IMG/VR virus record: IMGVR_UViG_3300036770_004723
Span: 222,585 to 286,584 of that record
Reading direction: 5' to 3' (one strand)
Length of the DNA: 64,000 nucleotides
Part shown: piece after piece, positions 1 to 9,712 of the stretch
Layout: each line of letters opens with the position of its first letter
Position numbering within the stretch: the first letter of the stretch is position 1
Translations under genes and position numbers: made by a program
The notes under the pieces: generated by a model
The model's database searches: none
Told to the model about the DNA's origin: nothing
The model's input: the letters and a program-made list of their open reading frames with translations, nothing else

Positions 1-2
1 TT

Positions 3-344
3 AACGGTACTTACGTTAATAAATACCTTAGATCTTTAGGTGTTGATCCAAGTGTTACCCTTCACAAATTCCGCCATGCCCGAGGATCTATTGTTGCTCA
101 AGCTCAATTAGATAAGGCTCCGTCATTCAAAAATGCTTCGGAAGCAGAAGTAAATAAATGGTTTATTGAAGCAATGAAGAAAGTCGGATCTGAGTTAGGT
201 CATGTTAGCGGCGATAAAGTCACTGCCACTACTGCAATCCAAAACTATATTGATCCGCAGTTAATTAAAGATTGGTTTGATAAAGTTGGTGTAAGACCAG
301 GCAGTGTTATTCAAAATGCACTTAATAAGGCAGGTAAGGATTAA
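3..344 (+). CDS. C-terminal part of type IB DNA topoisomerase / tyrosine-recombinase-fold enzyme (5'-truncated by window edge)
   Basis: Manual translation of frame 3: NGTYVNKYLRSLG..VTLHKFRHARGS..KKVGSELGHVSGDKVTATTAIQNYIDP..GKD*. Shows catalytic R, LGH and Tyr in NYIDP (TopIB-like NYLDP). Not in the ORF track because it lacks a start. Confidence 0.7.
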   Translation, partial: NGTYVNKYLRSLGVDPSVTLHKFRHARGSIVAQAQLDKAPSFKNASEAEVNKWFIEAMKKVGSELGHVSGDKVTATTAIQNYIDPQLIKDWFDKVGVRPGSVIQNALNKAGKD

Positions 345-364
345 TCCTTACCTGAGTATAAACT

Positions 365-631
365 ATGAAACTAACCTCTATTTCTTTTACAAAAAAATCC
401 ACTATTTCCTTAGATGCTAAAACATTAATGACGGAAATTGATCGCGCACTAGCACGAGTTGATAAGAATATAGCCGTAGAAAGAAGAAAAATGCAGATAT
501 TGAAATCAAAATCGGAAGTGAGCGATTCAGCTAATTTATCTTTGCATGAATTGCTTGGTAACAAACAAGTTCTTTTAAGTGTTAAACTGGCCATTGAGAA
601 AAATGATTTTAAAGATTTAAAATCTATATAA
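365..631 (+). CDS. hypothetical protein
   Basis: ORF co-oriented and packed with + strand block. Confidence 0.65.
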   Translation: MKLTSISFTKKSTISLDAKTLMTEIDRALARVDKNIAVERRKMQILKSKSEVSDSANLSLHELLGNKQVLLSVKLAIEKNDFKDLKSI

Positions 632-651
632 GGATCTTATAAGGTAAATCT

Positions 652-1143
652 ATGCACACTCTTGGAACTAATACTGTATCTTCTGCTGTTTCTATTGCAT
701 TAAGGACATCAAATAACATAACTGTGGCCACTAATAACGCAGTTCCTATAGTTTGGGGAGAGCGTGATGGTAAACCTGATTTAAAAAGATTCACACATTC
801 CTTGGGATCATTTACTGTAAGTGTTAATCGTAAAGGTAAATATAAAATAAGTGTGAAACTTAACGGCAGGCTTACAGGCAGTTCATTGAGTGTGCAGAAC
901 AGAACGGACAATGTTGTTGTTTTCTTAGCAATCAATAATCGGACATACAAACCTTCTTATCTATATGCAAGTCCTTACCAACAAAGTGGTGGATATTTTA
1001 CTGTGAACGGAGTCATTGATGAAATAAGTTTGAATGCCGGTGATTTCGTTGCACTTTATATATACCGTCTTGTAACAACAGGAACAATATCAATTGCAGC
1101 TTCTGAAGCTGTGATGTCAATAGAGCAGACTTCAGAGGAATAA
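652..1143 (+). CDS. putative virion/tail-fibre-associated beta-sandwich (C1q/TNF-like) protein
   Basis: Beta-rich; G.Y.ISV.L and ISLNAGDFVALYIY pattern typical of C1q/TNF-like folds; AAGGT RBS. Confidence 0.5.
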   Translation: MHTLGTNTVSSAVSIALRTSNNITVATNNAVPIVWGERDGKPDLKRFTHSLGSFTVSVNRKGKYKISVKLNGRLTGSSLSVQNRTDNVVVFLAINNRTYKPSYLYASPYQQSGGYFTVNGVIDEISLNAGDFVALYIYRLVTTGTISIAASEAVMSIEQTSEE

Positions 1144-1146
1144 GAA

Positions 1147-1839
1147 TTGATTTCAATAAAAAATAGCTTTACGCAAACTGTTAGATCTGTTCCTTTAAAT
1201 GTAGCTGTACCGAAACCTGAGGCAGACATCACAGTAGATGGCAGACCTGACTTACCTAACTACGTTGAAACAATAAATTGGAAATTTCCTAACCTTAATG
1301 TATACAGCACAGGCGATGAATATACTGATATTGTATTTCCACACAGTCAAATCATAAACAAAGCAGTGTTAGATCAGTACCGACTTCACTACGCAAAACT
1401 GCTTTATATTAAACGTAGTTTCGAGCAAGCTAATTTAATGCAGCAAGAAGCAACTGGCTACCATACAATTTCTGACACTACTACATTAATACAAAAAGAT
1501 GTTTACAGGATGAAGTATGATGATGCCATTGAATACGCAATTAGATACGAACAGGCACAAAGTGTAAATGGAGATGTAAGCGAGGTATATGTACCTGAAC
1601 TACTTGCTAACGAAAGTTCACTGGTAAATCAAGATCCTTACGAGTTAGCTATTTCAATTATTTCGAATTACAATGCCAGTGATAGTAGCCTAAGATCTTA
1701 TTTTGGTAAAATTGAGGGCATTAGACGTTTGTTGAAACGTAGAATCTTAGCTGCTGAAACTTTAGATCAGCTAAAAATCATTGAATGGGCGGATTGGCCT
1801 ATCTATGAACCTACAGCACTTGTAGATATGGAAGGTTAA
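1147..1839 (+). CDS. putative tail fibre assembly/chaperone-like protein
   Basis: C-terminal helical GKIEGIRRLLKRRILAAET..W resembles phage tail-fibre assembly proteins; follows beta-sandwich gene. Confidence 0.45.
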   Translation: MISIKNSFTQTVRSVPLNVAVPKPEADITVDGRPDLPNYVETINWKFPNLNVYSTGDEYTDIVFPHSQIINKAVLDQYRLHYAKLLYIKRSFEQANLMQQEATGYHTISDTTTLIQKDVYRMKYDDAIEYAIRYEQAQSVNGDVSEVYVPELLANESSLVNQDPYELAISIISNYNASDSSLRSYFGKIEGIRRLLKRRILAAETLDQLKIIEWADWPIYEPTALVDMEG

Positions 1840-1840
1840 A

Positions 1841-2188
1841 ATGAAAATCTTTGTTTCTACATCAAATAATGCACATGAACAAGCTGGTAAAAATGTCAAA
1901 GTAGCTGTTGCATTTGCTTATAACAAAACAAATAATAAAGAATTGGATATAGTAGTTAATTTACGTAATGAACTCACTATCTACGTTCAGTTTCTTACAA
2001 CAAACAAAAACATTCAGAGCAATCTTACTAATTACGTTCTTAAGAAAACAGTCGCTGATGAACTTAATGAAAAATTTGGTTCTGATTTTGATGAAGGCTT
2101 TATATCAAGTGGCGGTCCTGAAGGTGTGTCTGTTCAATACACAGCACGTACAACCTTAGGAAAGTTATTGAATAAGCAAGGACAATAG
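1841..2188 (+). CDS. hypothetical protein (possible virion protein)
   Basis: GAAGG RBS; N-terminal MKIFVSTS motif shared with neighbours. Confidence 0.7.
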   Translation: MKIFVSTSNNAHEQAGKNVKVAVAFAYNKTNNKELDIVVNLRNELTIYVQFLTTNKNIQSNLTNYVLKKTVADELNEKFGSDFDEGFISSGGPEGVSVQYTARTTLGKLLNKQGQ

Positions 2189-2191
2189 GTT

Positions 2192-2560
2192 ATGTATATT
2201 TGGATGTCTGCTATCTTAGCTTCTTTGTGTGTGCAAATACCGAATGTATTAGCTATATCAAAATACGGTAACGGTATAATATTAAAAGAGGCAATTACAT
2301 TATCTTTATTGTGCCTACCCTTTACTTTCGTAGCCTGTATATGCTACATGTATTTTTATTCGAATATCGCATTGAAGATCAGCTACCCTTCAGCTATTTT
2401 AATTCTGTACGCACTGAATTTATTGATAGCTACTTTAGTGCAAGGCTTTATACTAAAAACAAAATCTATGTATTTGGTGGATTACATATCAGTCAGTTTG
2501 ATTTTAGTGGGATTAGTTTTAACAGTATTAAGAGAGCAGATTAAAGGATACTTTTCATGA
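2192..2560 (+). CDS. small multi-pass membrane protein (about 4 TM, DMT/SMR-like size)
   Basis: Four hydrophobic segments in 122 aa. Confidence 0.65.
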   Translation: MYIWMSAILASLCVQIPNVLAISKYGNGIILKEAITLSLLCLPFTFVACICYMYFYSNIALKISYPSAILILYALNLLIATLVQGFILKTKSMYLVDYISVSLILVGLVLTVLREQIKGYFS

Positions 2561-4341
2561 AACGTATTAGAGTAAATTTGGAGAGTATAAGTGCTTTAAA
2601 GCCTTCTCAGTATAGACAATTTGTACGTGGTTGGAAGCCAAGTCAAGATTTTTTAACCATATTTAGAAGAGAATCCAAAGGCAAGTCTCCATTTCGTGTA
2701 CTAATAAGCCCAGAGCAAAACGCCATTAACTTAAAATCTATTATACCTAAAGAACTAATGGAATACTTGTTAAAAAATAACTATAATATGGACCTTATAG
2801 GTTACGTGACGGGCTATGTAAATGATAAATATGGACGAAAACAAAAGTTAGGTAAAGTAATAGCGGATCATCCGAATCTTTTAAATCCCTTTAACTCCGA
2901 CGAAAGCCGCAAAAAAGATTTGATGGAATTAAATAAAGAAAGTTTTGTCGTTGCCATAAGTCACCACCCCTATGACATAGCAGGTATGAGTACAGATCGC
3001 GGATGGACAAGTTGCACTAATCTATTAGGTGAGTATGAAAAATCTGCACCTATGAAAGTACAACCTGAAATAGATAACAAAAGTATAATAGCCTATTTAG
3101 TACGTAGATCAGATATTAATATAAATAAGCCTGTGGCCAGAGCTATAGCTAAAAAATTTGTAAGTGATGCAGGTTCCGAGAAATATGTAATTGACGCTGT
3201 TTATCCTGATAGAAACCCTTCTCTTATAAATACTTTCCAAAAATGGCTAGATAAAAACATAAATTCAGGTCTGAAAAAAGTCCCGAATGATTTTTCAATG
3301 TACACTTTGCCTTTCGGTATGTATTCTGACGGATTTTCTGACACCGAAATTGTTAACGGGTTTTCTGAAACAGCTGACGAAGAACAACTATTAAATTTGT
3401 TTCAGGGCATAGAATACTTACCTTCATACTCTAATATGTCAGCTTTTGTATCCGCCCATTACAATAATAAAAAAGCTTTGTCCAAGATAAAGAATGATGA
3501 TATGTATAGGTCTCAATTAATAACGTATTGTCTGAGATTTTTAGACTTATTTGACACAAACAAGCTTAACAAATTCATAGTAAATTTGTTAACAGATATG
3601 TACGATAATCGCTATCCATTTGAGGCCGCTGTATTAATAGCTAAATATTTACCTAGACGCAAAATTACAATACTGTCTCTAGATGAATCAAATAAATTAC
3701 TTGATAATATGTTTAAAAGTCGAGAAGCCAAAGATTCTATTAACTACGCAAAGCTGCATGGTGGATCTGCCATTAACCTATTTAAAATAGGACTTTTGGC
3801 CTTTTTATCTTATGAAACGAAGCCTTTGAATTGTTTTTCACGGTTATATGCAAACTGCCTTAACCCAGAAGATATTTTGACGCCAATGTTAGATAAAAGT
3901 TTTGAAATAACAAAAGAGTACGGAAGATTTTTAGCTGCGGCTATAATGGCACAATCTCCTTACGTAGATAAGAAAAAACTATATATTAAACTGTTTCAAG
4001 ATCCTAAAATAAACTTTAACTGGGCCGATGAATATTCAGTTGTTTTGTTACATAGATCACAGCCTAAAGAAAGCAAGCTAGGTGTAGAACTTACTATCAT
4101 GACAAATTTATTGAATGACGTGAATGTTAATGTATTAAATGTATACACGGATGTTTTGATAAAATGTATAAAAGAACTTGAGTCGCTTCTTTCGGATAAA
4201 ACTACAAACGTATTTAAGTACAATCAAAGGTATCTTCAAAATAATCTTAATAGGTTAGAGGTGCTTGGTGATATTGAAGGTTTGGCCTTTCTTAATCTTG
4301 TTATCAATCAATGCCCTAAGGTTGACTATTGGCTAAACTGA
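2557..4341 (+). CDS. large hypothetical phage protein
   Basis: 594-aa ORF with ATGA overlap; conserved-looking block ISHHPYDIAGMSTDRGWTSC. Confidence 0.8.
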   Translation: MKRIRVNLESISALKPSQYRQFVRGWKPSQDFLTIFRRESKGKSPFRVLISPEQNAINLKSIIPKELMEYLLKNNYNMDLIGYVTGYVNDKYGRKQKLGKVIADHPNLLNPFNSDESRKKDLMELNKESFVVAISHHPYDIAGMSTDRGWTSCTNLLGEYEKSAPMKVQPEIDNKSIIAYLVRRSDININKPVARAIAKKFVSDAGSEKYVIDAVYPDRNPSLINTFQKWLDKNINSGLKKVPNDFSMYTLPFGMYSDGFSDTEIVNGFSETADEEQLLNLFQGIEYLPSYSNMSAFVSAHYNNKKALSKIKNDDMYRSQLITYCLRFLDLFDTNKLNKFIVNLLTDMYDNRYPFEAAVLIAKYLPRRKITILSLDESNKLLDNMFKSREAKDSINYAKLHGGSAINLFKIGLLAFLSYETKPLNCFSRLYANCLNPEDILTPMLDKSFEITKEYGRFLAAAIMAQSPYVDKKKLYIKLFQDPKINFNWADEYSVVLLHRSQPKESKLGVELTIMTNLLNDVNVNVLNVYTDVLIKCIKELESLLSDKTTNVFKYNQRYLQNNLNRLEVLGDIEGLAFLNLVINQCPKVDYWLN

Positions 4342-4357
4342 ATTTATAGGCTAAAAT

Positions 4358-4873
4358 ATGCGAATATTTATATCACTTAGCTCAAGTATTTACTTTCGAG
4401 GTTTGACAGAAAAATTCTCTAAAGCATATCAAGACAAATCTCATATTATTTGGGTAACACCTGACAAAAGCTACGCACAGAACTACACAGAGGCCGAAGG
4501 AAGTTTGTTGACATACGATCTTAAACTAGGCACTGCGTTTAACTTTGGATTTAGATCGTTAGATACTAGCGTTAAAATACAAGAAGTTTTGTCCCGCGTA
4601 CAGCGTGGTATATTGTCTGCTTTCAGAGAAAAGATTATTGATCGTGATTTAGCAATGAAGCTAAATGATGAAGTAATAGATCTAATTGAGAAACATGAGA
4701 AAAGTAATAAATATATGAAGGTATGGGAATGGTACTCTAAGGAGAAGAACATTTCTAGCATTTTGTTACGTGCTAAATTTACTCACATAGATGCAATGGA
4801 AGGTATTGATAACAATATAAAAACTATTGGCATTCTTGATAGAAACATTATTAAGAAAATACAGATGATATAA
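4358..4873 (+). CDS. putative ADP-ribosyltransferase-fold protein
   Basis: YFRG followed by IWVT..KSYAQNY matches ART strand-1 and strand-2 motifs. Confidence 0.4.
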   Translation: MRIFISLSSSIYFRGLTEKFSKAYQDKSHIIWVTPDKSYAQNYTEAEGSLLTYDLKLGTAFNFGFRSLDTSVKIQEVLSRVQRGILSAFREKIIDRDLAMKLNDEVIDLIEKHEKSNKYMKVWEWYSKEKNISSILLRAKFTHIDAMEGIDNNIKTIGILDRNIIKKIQMI

Positions 4874-4910
4874 TAGAAAAAGCCGCTTAAATTGCGGCTT
4901 TTTCTATTAT
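4870..4910. terminator. bidirectional intrinsic terminator at strand switch
   Basis: Perfect inverted repeat ataatagaaaaagccgc-ttaaatt-gcggctttttctattat between convergent genes. Confidence 0.9.
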
Positions 4911-4950
4911 ACAACTGAGTAAACTATACTGTAACTTCTTTTAATGAACC

Positions 4951-5286
4951 TTACACTTTCTTACCTATCCACATTGAAGTAAAGCCTGGTAAATCTATTG
5001 AAAACTGTTTAGGTAAAAATTCCTTATTCAAAGAATTTTTAAAGTCTTCTCTTTTTTGTTCTGTATCTGCTTTCACAAAATCACCATAAAACAGAATAAG
5101 TGAAAGATCTTCAATTGACTGCCTATCTGTCACATAGTTCATATATGAATCATCTAGCATACGTTTTAAAACTAACTCAGGGTGATCTGATGAAAAAACA
5201 GTACGGTGGATATCCTTATAAGTTTCCATTAACTTCGGTAGGCGTAAGTGAGGTAGATTCGGCATTCCTACAAAATACATTTTCAT
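4951..5286 (-). CDS. hypothetical protein
   Basis: ATGA-coupled ORF, last of - strand run. Confidence 0.7.
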   Translation of the reverse strand: MKMYFVGMPNLPHLRLPKLMETYKDIHRTVFSSDHPELVLKRMLDDSYMNYVTDRQSIEDLSLILFYGDFVKADTEQKREDFKNSLNKEFLPKQFSIDLPGFTSMWIGKKV

Positions 5287-5534
5287 TTTCTATCCTTCCA
5301 TTTTGCGAAGTCGTCAATTTGTTTGAATATTTGGTCAGCACTAAAGTCAAATTCTTTGGAAGGTATTATGATAGTTCCCATTGATGTAGCTAAAGGATCT
5401 GCTTCATAGAAAGGTATGAAAAGTCGTGCCTCTTTCTCATACATAACTATCATAAAAACATTAGAACTTAATCTACCTTTAAACCTGCTTTCTATCAGGC
5501 TTTTAAGTTTGTTTAACTCTAATAATATACTCAT
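5283..5534 (-). CDS. hypothetical protein
   Basis: ATGA-coupled ORF. Confidence 0.7.
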   Translation of the reverse strand: MSILLELNKLKSLIESRFKGRLSSNVFMIVMYEKEARLFIPFYEADPLATSMGTIIIPSKEFDFSADQIFKQIDDFAKWKDRK

Positions 5535-6676
5535 GATTCGCCCTTGTTAATCAAGTCTACTCGATCCATTAGATCTTGGGCTATTTCTTCAGCATCGTTA
5601 TCATTTAACATTGAGTCCAGTGTCGAACAGAAATCATGAATTTCGTACACAAGGTCATCAAATTTATTATTTGTTTCGTCAAAATTAAAACATGAAATGT
5701 GTGCTTCAAATCCGGCAGCTTGTGGGTGGCCACCTCCGCCCATGTCAATTGCAATTGTATTAATTACAACATCATTCTTAGATCGTAAGCTTACTTTACA
5801 CATGCCTTCACTTAGTATGGTAATGGCTGCACCTATATGATTAGTTTCCGTGAATAGAATATTACAGGCTTCGGATCTAAATGATTGAGGTAAATTTACA
5901 CAAGGAATTGTGTAGGTATTTCCCGATGTTTTACCTTTGAATGTAAGTAAAAATTTATTTTCAAGTGCTTCATTTAAAAAGCTTTGACGTATTTCTCTGG
6001 AAATAGTGCCCCTATCGAATAATTTAACAAATTTCTGATCTAAACTATTCATGTTTACTGTGGCAGCAGCTTCTTCTATTGTGAAAATAGTTTCATAGAA
6101 GCCCAACATGATTTCATCTGTACCCAACATCTTTCTATGCCACAAATCTCTGTCTTGTGCGTGACGAATCATTCTAGGTAGGTGATCTAAATAATATTTT
6201 ATATTAAAATATCTTGTTGCTTTTTCTGAATTAGTGTAGGCATTGAAAAAAGCAAAAGCTAATGCACAGCCACTGTATTCGGTATCAAGAATTCCCCAAA
6301 TCTTTTTCTCTTGTATAAGATGATTTAATTCCAGAACTCTAGGTTCATGGTGATCAATCAAACAGATTTTAACACCTGTCTCTAGAAGTGACTCAATTGT
6401 TTGTAGGTCAAAAGAAAAATCAACAAGGATAAGTAAATCACCTTTACCTAATTTCTTAGGTATCATTCCATATTTGTACGCAACATACTCAATTGGAATA
6501 GTTGATATTAGTGTAGTATGCTTCTCAGCAATTAAATCACTTTTTCCTGAATGCCATAGGTAAACACATGCAGCTGAAAGTAAACCATCAGTACAATCGG
6601 CATGATAATAAACACTAATATCAGTAACATCGTTCAACATACCTGATTTAATATTAATATTGTTGTTGGTATTCAT
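5531..6676 (-). CDS. DHH/DHHA1 family phosphoesterase (NrnA/NrnB-like)
   Basis: YHADCTDG, VDFS, IDHH, QDRDLW, SLRS and GGGHPQAAGF motifs. Confidence 0.9.
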   Translation of the reverse strand: MNTNNNINIKSGMLNDVTDISVYYHADCTDGLLSAACVYLWHSGKSDLIAEKHTTLISTIPIEYVAYKYGMIPKKLGKGDLLILVDFSFDLQTIESLLETGVKICLIDHHEPRVLELNHLIQEKKIWGILDTEYSGCALAFAFFNAYTNSEKATRYFNIKYYLDHLPRMIRHAQDRDLWHRKMLGTDEIMLGFYETIFTIEEAAATVNMNSLDQKFVKLFDRGTISREIRQSFLNEALENKFLLTFKGKTSGNTYTIPCVNLPQSFRSEACNILFTETNHIGAAITILSEGMCKVSLRSKNDVVINTIAIDMGGGGHPQAAGFEAHISCFNFDETNNKFDDLVYEIHDFCSTLDSMLNDNDAEEIAQDLMDRVDLINKGES

Positions 6677-6677
6677 T

Positions 6678-7181
6678 CTATTTTCCTTTTCTCCGATTAT
6701 CCCTCAAACGATATAAATCATTTTCCAGACTTTTCTTTCTAGTTCTTAGGATCTTAATTTCAGATCTTAGTTCTTTCAAAGTTTTTTCATTAGCACTATT
6801 AAACAAATTGACTGTATCCTTCAACTTATTTAATTGTGCTAATGTACAAGCTCGATGATAAGAATCTGCATTATCATGAGCAAAAAGATCTAATGTGCAT
6901 AGTGCTGATCCTGATTCTTCTTTAATCAAAGAACAGTCTATAATAGACTTTAGTTGTTTATAAGATCCTCCTCTCCTTGCCTCAACTGAAAGCACATTAA
7001 GGTCCCCAAAATTGGAAAAGAATCTGTGGTATATATCATAAGCCGCCTTTATATTTTCGGTATCTAATTTGGCTTCATTAGAGACAACAGAATAACCTAA
7101 AAGGTTTAGAAATTTAGATATTAAACTTACAATAACTGCTTTCATTTTTATCCTCAAAGCATTTTTATTTAGGGTTTTCAT
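6678..7181 (-). CDS. hypothetical protein, C-terminal coiled coil
   Basis: ORF packed in - strand run. Confidence 0.7.
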   Translation of the reverse strand: MKTLNKNALRIKMKAVIVSLISKFLNLLGYSVVSNEAKLDTENIKAAYDIYHRFFSNFGDLNVLSVEARRGGSYKQLKSIIDCSLIKEESGSALCTLDLFAHDNADSYHRACTLAQLNKLKDTVNLFNSANEKTLKELRSEIKILRTRKKSLENDLYRLRDNRRKGK

Positions 7182-7314
7182 TTGTTGCTTGCCTAATGCG
7201 ATCTTGCATCTGCATTTGTATCTGAAAATCGAAACATGTCTTCAGTTCTTTGATCAGGCTATCTATAAGTTTCTGCCTGTAGTCTTTAAACTTATAAATG
7301 GTATGTGAATTCAC
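7165..7314 (-). CDS. small hypothetical protein (49 aa, GTG start)
   Basis: Manual translation MNSHTIYKFKDYRQKLIDSLIKELKTCFDFQ..NPK* fills the gap; below ORF-track cutoff. Confidence 0.45.
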   Translation of the reverse strand: MNSHTIYKFKDYRQKLIDSLIKELKTCFDFQIQMQMQDRIRQATNENPK

Positions 7315-7903
7315 CATTTAGAAAAGAATCAAAATCTTTCTGCACTTTTAACGCATTTAAACCATTTGCGAATGATGTATTTATTACTCCCAATATTTGG
7401 AAGATTTTTTCAAAGTCACAGTTACCTATTCCATACCGTCCATGCACATGGACAAAATTTAACTGAACATCATAGTAAGGCTTGTTCTTAAAGAATTTAT
7501 GATCTAAGTGATGTTGGCTATTATAGTAATCTCCGTCGTCAACTACACACCAATAAACTGGATTATGTTCGACAACATAATCTAGTATGGCTTTACATCG
7601 CCCTTTCCATCCTCCGGTATCGGTCACTACATCTTCGATCTTTAATCCTGTTTCCTTGAATATGCGATCAAATAGAACTGAGTTCTTTTCATGTCTGTGT
7701 GAACTGAACCAACTGCTACAGCCAACAACTTTAATAGGTGCGCCTTTATTATGTGCATTGCGTAGTGATCTAGCCAAGTATTTAACTACATCGACATCGA
7801 CAACATCACCAGGAATAATTCCAACATTAACATTAGTGGCCATTCCATATTGCTTATTAAATACACCATCTATGTCAATAAACAATAATCTTAAGTTTTT
7901 CAT
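7292..7903 (-). CDS. HAD-superfamily phosphatase (Swiss-Army-knife RNA-repair HAD type)
   Basis: LFIDIDGVFN, CSSW and VVDD motifs. Confidence 0.8.
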   Translation of the reverse strand: MKNLRLLFIDIDGVFNKQYGMATNVNVGIIPGDVVDVDVVKYLARSLRNAHNKGAPIKVVGCSSWFSSHRHEKNSVLFDRIFKETGLKIEDVVTDTGGWKGRCKAILDYVVEHNPVYWCVVDDGDYYNSQHHLDHKFFKNKPYYDVQLNFVHVHGRYGIGNCDFEKIFQILGVINTSFANGLNALKVQKDFDSFLNGEFTYHL

Positions 7904-8157
7904 TCAACTATCTCGGCTTTAATTGAAATATTATCTCCGAGTATAACGGTTTTGCCGTTATGGTGATGCGCTTCAACAGCCCTAGCACCATCAATATCAA
8001 AAACAATTTGAAGCCTATGTTTTCCAGTCATAAACTTTTCTATTTGTTCAGGCTTTAATATGGTACTCATTTCAATTTTTGTACGTACTCGGTTAATTAT
8101 TAAATGTCTAAATTCTTCTTCTACTTCTGTAATATAGTGAAAAGATTGCAATTCCAT
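7900..8157 (-). CDS. hypothetical protein
   Basis: AGGAG RBS, coupled ORF. Confidence 0.7.
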   Translation of the reverse strand: MELQSFHYITEVEEEFRHLIINRVRTKIEMSTILKPEQIEKFMTGKHRLQIVFDIDGARAVEAHHHNGKTVILGDNISIKAEIVE

Positions 8158-8166
8158 AATAATCTC

Positions 8167-8514
8167 CTAAGTCATTTGAGCAAGACCTGATATATTAGGT
8201 TGTACTTCTTTTTTCTGCTCTGCAATAACGTGCTGATTTCGTGCTTGAGTTTCTGTATATATTAAAGGTCTTTCTTGATTTTCATTGTAACGTGTAGCCA
8301 GTTCACGTAAGTCAAGACCGTAGTAATCTGCTACCAGCAAAGCATCCAGCTTTTCATTACCTACCAGTGCAATAAACTTATCACCGCCCGACCAAGCTAT
8401 ACGCACGGCAACTTTTTCAATTTGCGTCATACGAAAAAGCTGGTCTGTACGACGTTCAACTACTGTTGAGAAAACAATTTTTGGATCTAAGAAACTAAAC
8501 ATTTTGATTCTCAC
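8167..8514 (-). CDS. hypothetical protein
   Basis: ORF in - strand run. Confidence 0.7.
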   Translation of the reverse strand: MRIKMFSFLDPKIVFSTVVERRTDQLFRMTQIEKVAVRIAWSGGDKFIALVGNEKLDALLVADYYGLDLRELATRYNENQERPLIYTETQARNQHVIAEQKKEVQPNISGLAQMT

Positions 8515-8546
8515 TTATATTAGGTTATAGCATTCAAGTATAAACG

Positions 8547-9647
8547 CTATCTTTTAATCCAGTGCCAAACAGGTTCTACGAATATTCCGCTTTTATCACT
8601 TGCACTACCTACTCGTTTCGCCATTCTGTATCCAAAATGGTGGCCTTGCTTTGCACCTAATTTAATTAGGTATTCATTCATAGGATCGCACAATTTATTT
8701 ACGGTGTGTCCAGAATAAACGTCACTTATATTAACACATAAATGACCACCTACTTTAAGACTAGCATACGATTTTTCCACCAAAGGAATTAAAAACTTTT
8801 TTACCCAAGTACTGCAATCTTTATAGCGCAAATAACTTTGGTCCTCGTCTTTACTATAACGTTCAATATTGAAATACGGAGGACTAGTAAAGGCGATATC
8901 AAAATGATTGGAAGGAAGATCTGCTTTTTCAAAACCACTAAAATAAATATTAGCTTTTTGATCCTGCCGTATATATCTACGTATTTGTTTTCTGTAGTTT
9001 TCGTGTAGATGAATGTTAGGATCGAAACCTACGTATTCAACTGCACTACTCGCTAAAAATCCTTCAAGCCTGTCACCCCAACCACTACACATGTCTAAAA
9101 CAGAGCCTTCACGGGCATAGCGATCATATAGTGCTTTAGCCGCACTTGGCCTGAATTGACTAGCTATGTATTTACGCATGGCGATACAACTGGATAATAC
9201 TTTACTATCAACATGGCTGTTCTTAAGACTAAATATTGCTTTTAACATACTGGCACGAAATTTAGGTGTGTGCCAAACTCTCATAGGGCTTGGACTATTT
9301 ACACTATCACAAAACATTCGTGCCTGATGGTGGAAGTGGTTTGAAGCTGCATTGCCAACATTAGAGCTTTCTATATATCTGTCTGATAGTATAAACTTTT
9401 CACTTGGGTAGCGTGTAACAACTTGACCTAGTTTTAGAAGTTTTTTGGTATTCAAGTCCACTAATTGTTGGTGTGCATCATCTGCATCTTGAAGTGAGGG
9501 AGCTTTTAAAGGAAGTGCCAGATTATAACTATCAATTAAATCACTTATAAAAGTAATAGATCCTTCGACTCCGTACTTATCAACTAATCTAATTAAATTT
9601 TTGTGATCTATATTAAGTTCGCCGTCATTTATTTGATAATGCTTCAT
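8547..9647 (-). CDS. DNA amino-methyltransferase (N4-C/N6-A, SPPY type)
   Basis: SAM-binding VLDMCSGWGDRL and catalytic FTSPPYF motifs. Confidence 0.85.
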   Translation of the reverse strand: MKHYQINDGELNIDHKNLIRLVDKYGVEGSITFISDLIDSYNLALPLKAPSLQDADDAHQQLVDLNTKKLLKLGQVVTRYPSEKFILSDRYIESSNVGNAASNHFHHQARMFCDSVNSPSPMRVWHTPKFRASMLKAIFSLKNSHVDSKVLSSCIAMRKYIASQFRPSAAKALYDRYAREGSVLDMCSGWGDRLEGFLASSAVEYVGFDPNIHLHENYRKQIRRYIRQDQKANIYFSGFEKADLPSNHFDIAFTSPPYFNIERYSKDEDQSYLRYKDCSTWVKKFLIPLVEKSYASLKVGGHLCVNISDVYSGHTVNKLCDPMNEYLIKLGAKQGHHFGYRMAKRVGSASDKSGIFVEPVWHWIKR

Positions 9648-9678
9648 TATATTTTCTTATAGGATTCTCTTAACCTTA

Positions 9679-9686
9679 ATTTACAG
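9679..9686 (-). promoter_or_regulatory. CTGTAAAT late-promoter-like motif
   Basis: AAACTGTAAATT in gap upstream of MTase; recurs in six intergenic gaps. Confidence 0.5.
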
Positions 9687-9712
9687 TTTAATCTGCTTTA
9701 CCAATGGAAAAG

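Noticed and set aside
322-4761. - strand ORFs 322..594, 624..950, 3996..4223, 4483..4761 and nested + ORFs 1968..2159, 2311..2544
   Set aside because: Antisense or out-of-frame shadows of the + strand genes
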